Notes under the pieces: model-generated
The model's database searches: none
What the model was told of the DNA's origin: nothing
Seen by the model: only the letters and a program-made list of their open reading frames with translations
In this document: piece after piece, positions 61,284 to 64,000 of the stretch
Position numbering within the stretch: the first letter of the stretch is position 1
Layout of the letters: the number at the start of each line of letters is the position of its first letter
Source: Bradymonadales bacterium
GTDB taxonomy: Bacteria; Bdellovibrionota; UBA2394
Reading direction: 5' to 3'
Assembly (NCBI GenBank): GCA_007693605.1
Contig: REDG01000045.1
Location: forward strand, 2,043-66,042
DNA length: 64,000 nucleotides
Translations under genes and position numbers: made by a program

Positions 61284-62042
61284 GTGAAGGAGTTTTGTTC
61301 GGTTGTGATCAGGGACTATTTTTCAGATCTAGAGCTTTCGTCAGACTGTGATTCTGAGGCAATTCGCCAGGCCTATCGAAGGTTAGCCCGAAGATTTCAT
61401 CCGGACCTGAATCCGCGCGACGAATATGCTGCCGAGTCATTTCGTCGCATTCAAGAGGCTTTTGACTATCTGAGTGTGGACAAAAATCGTGAGGATCTTC
61501 GTCAGAAGCTCGATCGTTGGGCCTCTAAGCCCGGGAGTTTGCAGAAATGGCGGAAAGAGCCGCAGTTCTTCGGAGATCCCCAGGGCTTTACCGACGAGTG
61601 GACGCTGAAATCGCCAAGACCTGCTGAGGAGCTTTCTGTGCATATCAAAGTCGAGATTCAGGCAGGTACTGAGACCAAGCCCCAATCGGTCGAATTGAAC
61701 TTATTGAAGCCCTGTTCTGCCTGCCGAGGGCAAGGAGGGGCTTCTCAGTCGGTGCAAACAACTTGTAAAGCCTGTGCTGGCCTTTCGTACCAATTGATTC
61801 GGCGCGGCGCGTTTCGCTGGAAAAAAACCTGCGATTCTTGCCTCGGAAAGGGCTATCAGGTTGTGGGGGCCTGTCAAAACTGTACGGGATCTGGCAAAAT
61901 AACAAAGAGGGAAAGCCTGATTCTGTCGCCTCCGCAGCCCATTCCGAGGGACTCTGAGGTCTGCTATCCGGAAAAAGGCCACACCTCATTTGACGGAAAG
62001 ATGCGAGGGGATTTATGGGTTCAGTGGAAGATCAAGAGTTGA
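61284..62042 (+). CDS. DnaJ-like protein: J domain plus CR-type zinc finger, short C-terminus
   Basis: J domain with HPD (AYRRLARRFHPDLN). Four CxxCxGxG repeats (CSACRGQGG, CKACAGLS, CDSCLGKGY, CQNCTGSGK). Only ~60 aa follow, so no full DnaJ C-terminal substrate-binding domains. Confidence 0.75.
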   Translation: MKEFCSVVIRDYFSDLELSSDCDSEAIRQAYRRLARRFHPDLNPRDEYAAESFRRIQEAFDYLSVDKNREDLRQKLDRWASKPGSLQKWRKEPQFFGDPQGFTDEWTLKSPRPAEELSVHIKVEIQAGTETKPQSVELNLLKPCSACRGQGGASQSVQTTCKACAGLSYQLIRRGAFRWKKTCDSCLGKGYQVVGACQNCTGSGKITKRESLILSPPQPIPRDSEVCYPEKGHTSFDGKMRGDLWVQWKIKS

Positions 62043-62377
62043 AAGAGGAGTATTCTTCAGAAGAAGTCTCTCAGAGTCTCAACTTGAGCCTGGAAGAGAT
62101 TCAGAAGTTCCAAAACGAAGGCGTTTTTGACTTTCTCGATGACCAGCACCAGAAGCTTGATCACAAAAACTTTCTAAGACTGAAGTCAGCCGTCTCGCTC
62201 TATCGGGAGCTAGGTGTTAATCTGGCCGGCATTGATATCATTCTTTCGATGAAAGAGAAAATGTCTCATCTTCAGACCGAGTTCAATGACCTTCTGGTTC
62301 AAGTTCAGAAGAAGCTGGGGAATCAAATTCAAAAAGATATGTCAGAGATCAGCAAGAACCTGAAAAAAGACTCTTAA
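62015..62377 (+). CDS. CbpM-like chaperone modulator (MerR-like)
   Basis: 120 aa overlapping the 3' end of the J-protein gene. SLNLSLEEIQKF...LRLKSAVSLYRELGVNLAGIDIILSM resembles the CbpM/MerR_2 helix pattern. The cbpA-cbpM-like pairing supports the call. Confidence 0.5.
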   Translation: MGSVEDQELKEEYSSEEVSQSLNLSLEEIQKFQNEGVFDFLDDQHQKLDHKNFLRLKSAVSLYRELGVNLAGIDIILSMKEKMSHLQTEFNDLLVQVQKKLGNQIQKDMSEISKNLKKDS

Positions 62378-64000
62378 GGGCGAGGCCCGTAGGAGATGAA
62401 AGTTCCGCGATTTCTTCTGGGCTACCCGCTCCCATGATTTCTCCGCCCCCCTCTCCCCCTTCGGGGCCAAGATCCACCAGCCAATCCACACACTTTAAGA
62501 GGTCGAGATTGTGCTCAATAACAATCACCGTATTGCCGGAATGAACAAGGCTCTGCAGAAGCGAAACGAGTTTTTCGATTTCACTAATGTGAAGGCCCGT
62601 GGTGGGCTCGTCTAGAATATAAAGAAAGTCTTTCTTTCTTACATTGGAGATCTCAGTGGCAATTTTAAGTCTTTGCTTTTCGCCGCCAGACAGGCTGTCA
62701 CTGCTTTGACCCAAGCGAAGATAGCCGAGTCCCACTTGTTCGAGCAGGCCAAACTTCAGACTTAAAGTCTTCGATTGAGCGAAGAAGCTTCTGGCTTCGG
62801 TCACGGTCATTTGTAGAATGTCATAAATCGACTTAGATCGATGACGAATCTCAAGGACGCTCTTCTTAAATCGTGTCCCGTTACAATCTTCACAAGTCAG
62901 GTATAGGTCATCTAAAAAGTACATTTCAGTTTTGACGCTTCCTTCTCCTTTACAGGTTTCGCAGCGCCCCCCACTCACATTGAAACTGAATGTTCCAGCG
63001 GTGTATCCTCGATTCTTTGACTCAGGAAGTTGCGCGAAGATCTGTCGAACCTCATCGTAGGCTCCGATGACACTCAGGGGAATGCTGCGAGAGCTGCGAC
63101 CCAAACTGCTTTGATCTAAAAGACTCACACCCTTTAGCCGATCGATGCCGAAGATCTTTTTGAATCGGCCCATAGGTTCAGGCGATTGGTGAAACAGTCT
63201 TGCAAGGGCTCGATAGAGAGTGTGTTGAATCAGGGTGGTCTTGCCGCTCCCAGACACTCCTGAAATTCCGACCAAACACTTTAAAGGAAATCGAAACTCC
63301 AGATTTTTCAAATTGTTTTCAGAGGCGCCTTGAATTCTCACCCAGTCCTTAAAGTTTGATCGTCGCTTTTGAGGAATGGCGATTGATCGCCTTCCGGTCA
63401 AATAGTCGGCTGTGAGGGTTGAGGCCTTTCGAAACTCTTTCTGACCCCCTTGAAATAGAACCTGCCCCCCTTCGTGTCCACTTCCGGGACCCATTTCAAT
63501 AATTTGATCGGCCCGAAGCATGGTGTCGAGATCGTGTTCAACCACCACTACAGAGTTGCCGCGATCAACCAGCTCTTCAAGAGAGGCTAGAAGTCGATCT
63601 CGATCTTTCACATGCAGGCCGATGCTGGGTTCATCCAGAATATAAAGGCTGCCTGACAGTTCTGCGCCGAGTTGATTCGCCAAGTTGATTCTCTGCATTT
63701 CGCCCCCAGAGAGGCTGCGAGTTAAGCGGTGCAGATTCAAATAGTCGAGACCCATTCGGTTCAAGAAGTGAAGTCGAGAACCAATTTGTCGTAGAATTTC
63801 TTTTGCGATTTCTTTTTTGGTCGGGCTGAGTTTTGCCTTCACAATCCAAGCCTCTAGCTTACCAATCGGCATGAGCGTTAAATCATAGAGATTCTTTCCG
63901 CCAATCTTGAACCAAAGAGCCTCTGGCTTTAGGCGAGAGCCTCCACAGGTCTTACACGAAAGACTGCTCTGATAGCGGCGCAGAAAAACTCGAACATGAA
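62349..64000 (-). CDS. second UvrA-family ABC ATPase (paralog), N-terminus beyond window end
   Basis: The reading frame is open from 64000 through the listed ORF. Upstream translation gives ...SCKTCGGSRLKPEALWFKIGGKNLYDLTLMPIG (UvrA zinc-finger region), then a signature/Walker B block, a second Walker A GVSGSGKTTL and a C-terminal LSGGE...ILDEPTTGLH. Confidence 0.85.
   Translation of the reverse strand, partial: HVRVFLRRYQSSLSCKTCGGSRLKPEALWFKIGGKNLYDLTLMPIGKLEAWIVKAKLSPTKKEIAKEILRQIGSRLHFLNRMGLDYLNLHRLTRSLSGGEMQRINLANQLGAELSGSLYILDEPSIGLHVKDRDRLLASLEELVDRGNSVVVVEHDLDTMLRADQIIEMGPGSGHEGGQVLFQGGQKEFRKASTLTADYLTGRRSIAIPQKRRSNFKDWVRIQGASENNLKNLEFRFPLKCLVGISGVSGSGKTTLIQHTLYRALARLFHQSPEPMGRFKKIFGIDRLKGVSLLDQSSLGRSSRSIPLSVIGAYDEVRQIFAQLPESKNRGYTAGTFSFNVSGGRCETCKGEGSVKTEMYFLDDLYLTCEDCNGTRFKKSVLEIRHRSKSIYDILQMTVTEARSFFAQSKTLSLKFGLLEQVGLGYLRLGQSSDSLSGGEKQRLKIATEISNVRKKDFLYILDEPTTGLHISEIEKLVSLLQSLVHSGNTVIVIEHNLDLLKCVDWLVDLGPEGGEGGGEIMGAGSPEEIAELSSPTGLALKSLFSGSC

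Overview
Bacterial chromosomal replication-origin window, about 50% GC, probably a delta-proteobacterium-like lineage (ParAB next to a bactofilin, F0F1 ATP synthase split over two loci); the taxon call is an inference from gene order only. Minus strand, 30.1 down to 21.9 kb: rpmH-rnpA-yidD-yidC-mnmE-mnmG-parA-parB-bactofilin. Plus strand: dnaA, a dense DnaA-box cluster (oriC), tRNA-Ala, dnaN-recF-gyrB-gyrA, hemL, atpZ/I/B/E. Other recognisable housekeeping blocks are the glycine cleavage system (gcvT-H-PA-PB), ATP synthase atpF'-F-H-A-G-D-C, uvrA, pdxA, three tandem SurA/parvulin chaperones, mfd, a clsB/ybhP-like pair, a DUF1343 protein, glpK, a DnaJ-like/CbpM-like pair and a second UvrA paralog truncated at the window end. 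Non-housekeeping content: (1) a RES-toxin/Xre-antitoxin module between dnaA and oriC; (2) a radical-SAM locus with a KamA-family enzyme, an HpnN-like MMPL exporter and an HpnH-like radical SAM enzyme; (3) an orphan FHA-like/CpaF secretion ATPase flanked by a TonB-like protein, a small lipoprotein and a secreted pseudo-matrixin; (4) a uvrA that keeps the UvrB-binding domain but has lost the insertion domain. recF appears to start at a non-canonical codon. A truncated Fic protein sits at the 5' window edge. No CRISPR array, rRNA or obvious transposase was seen.
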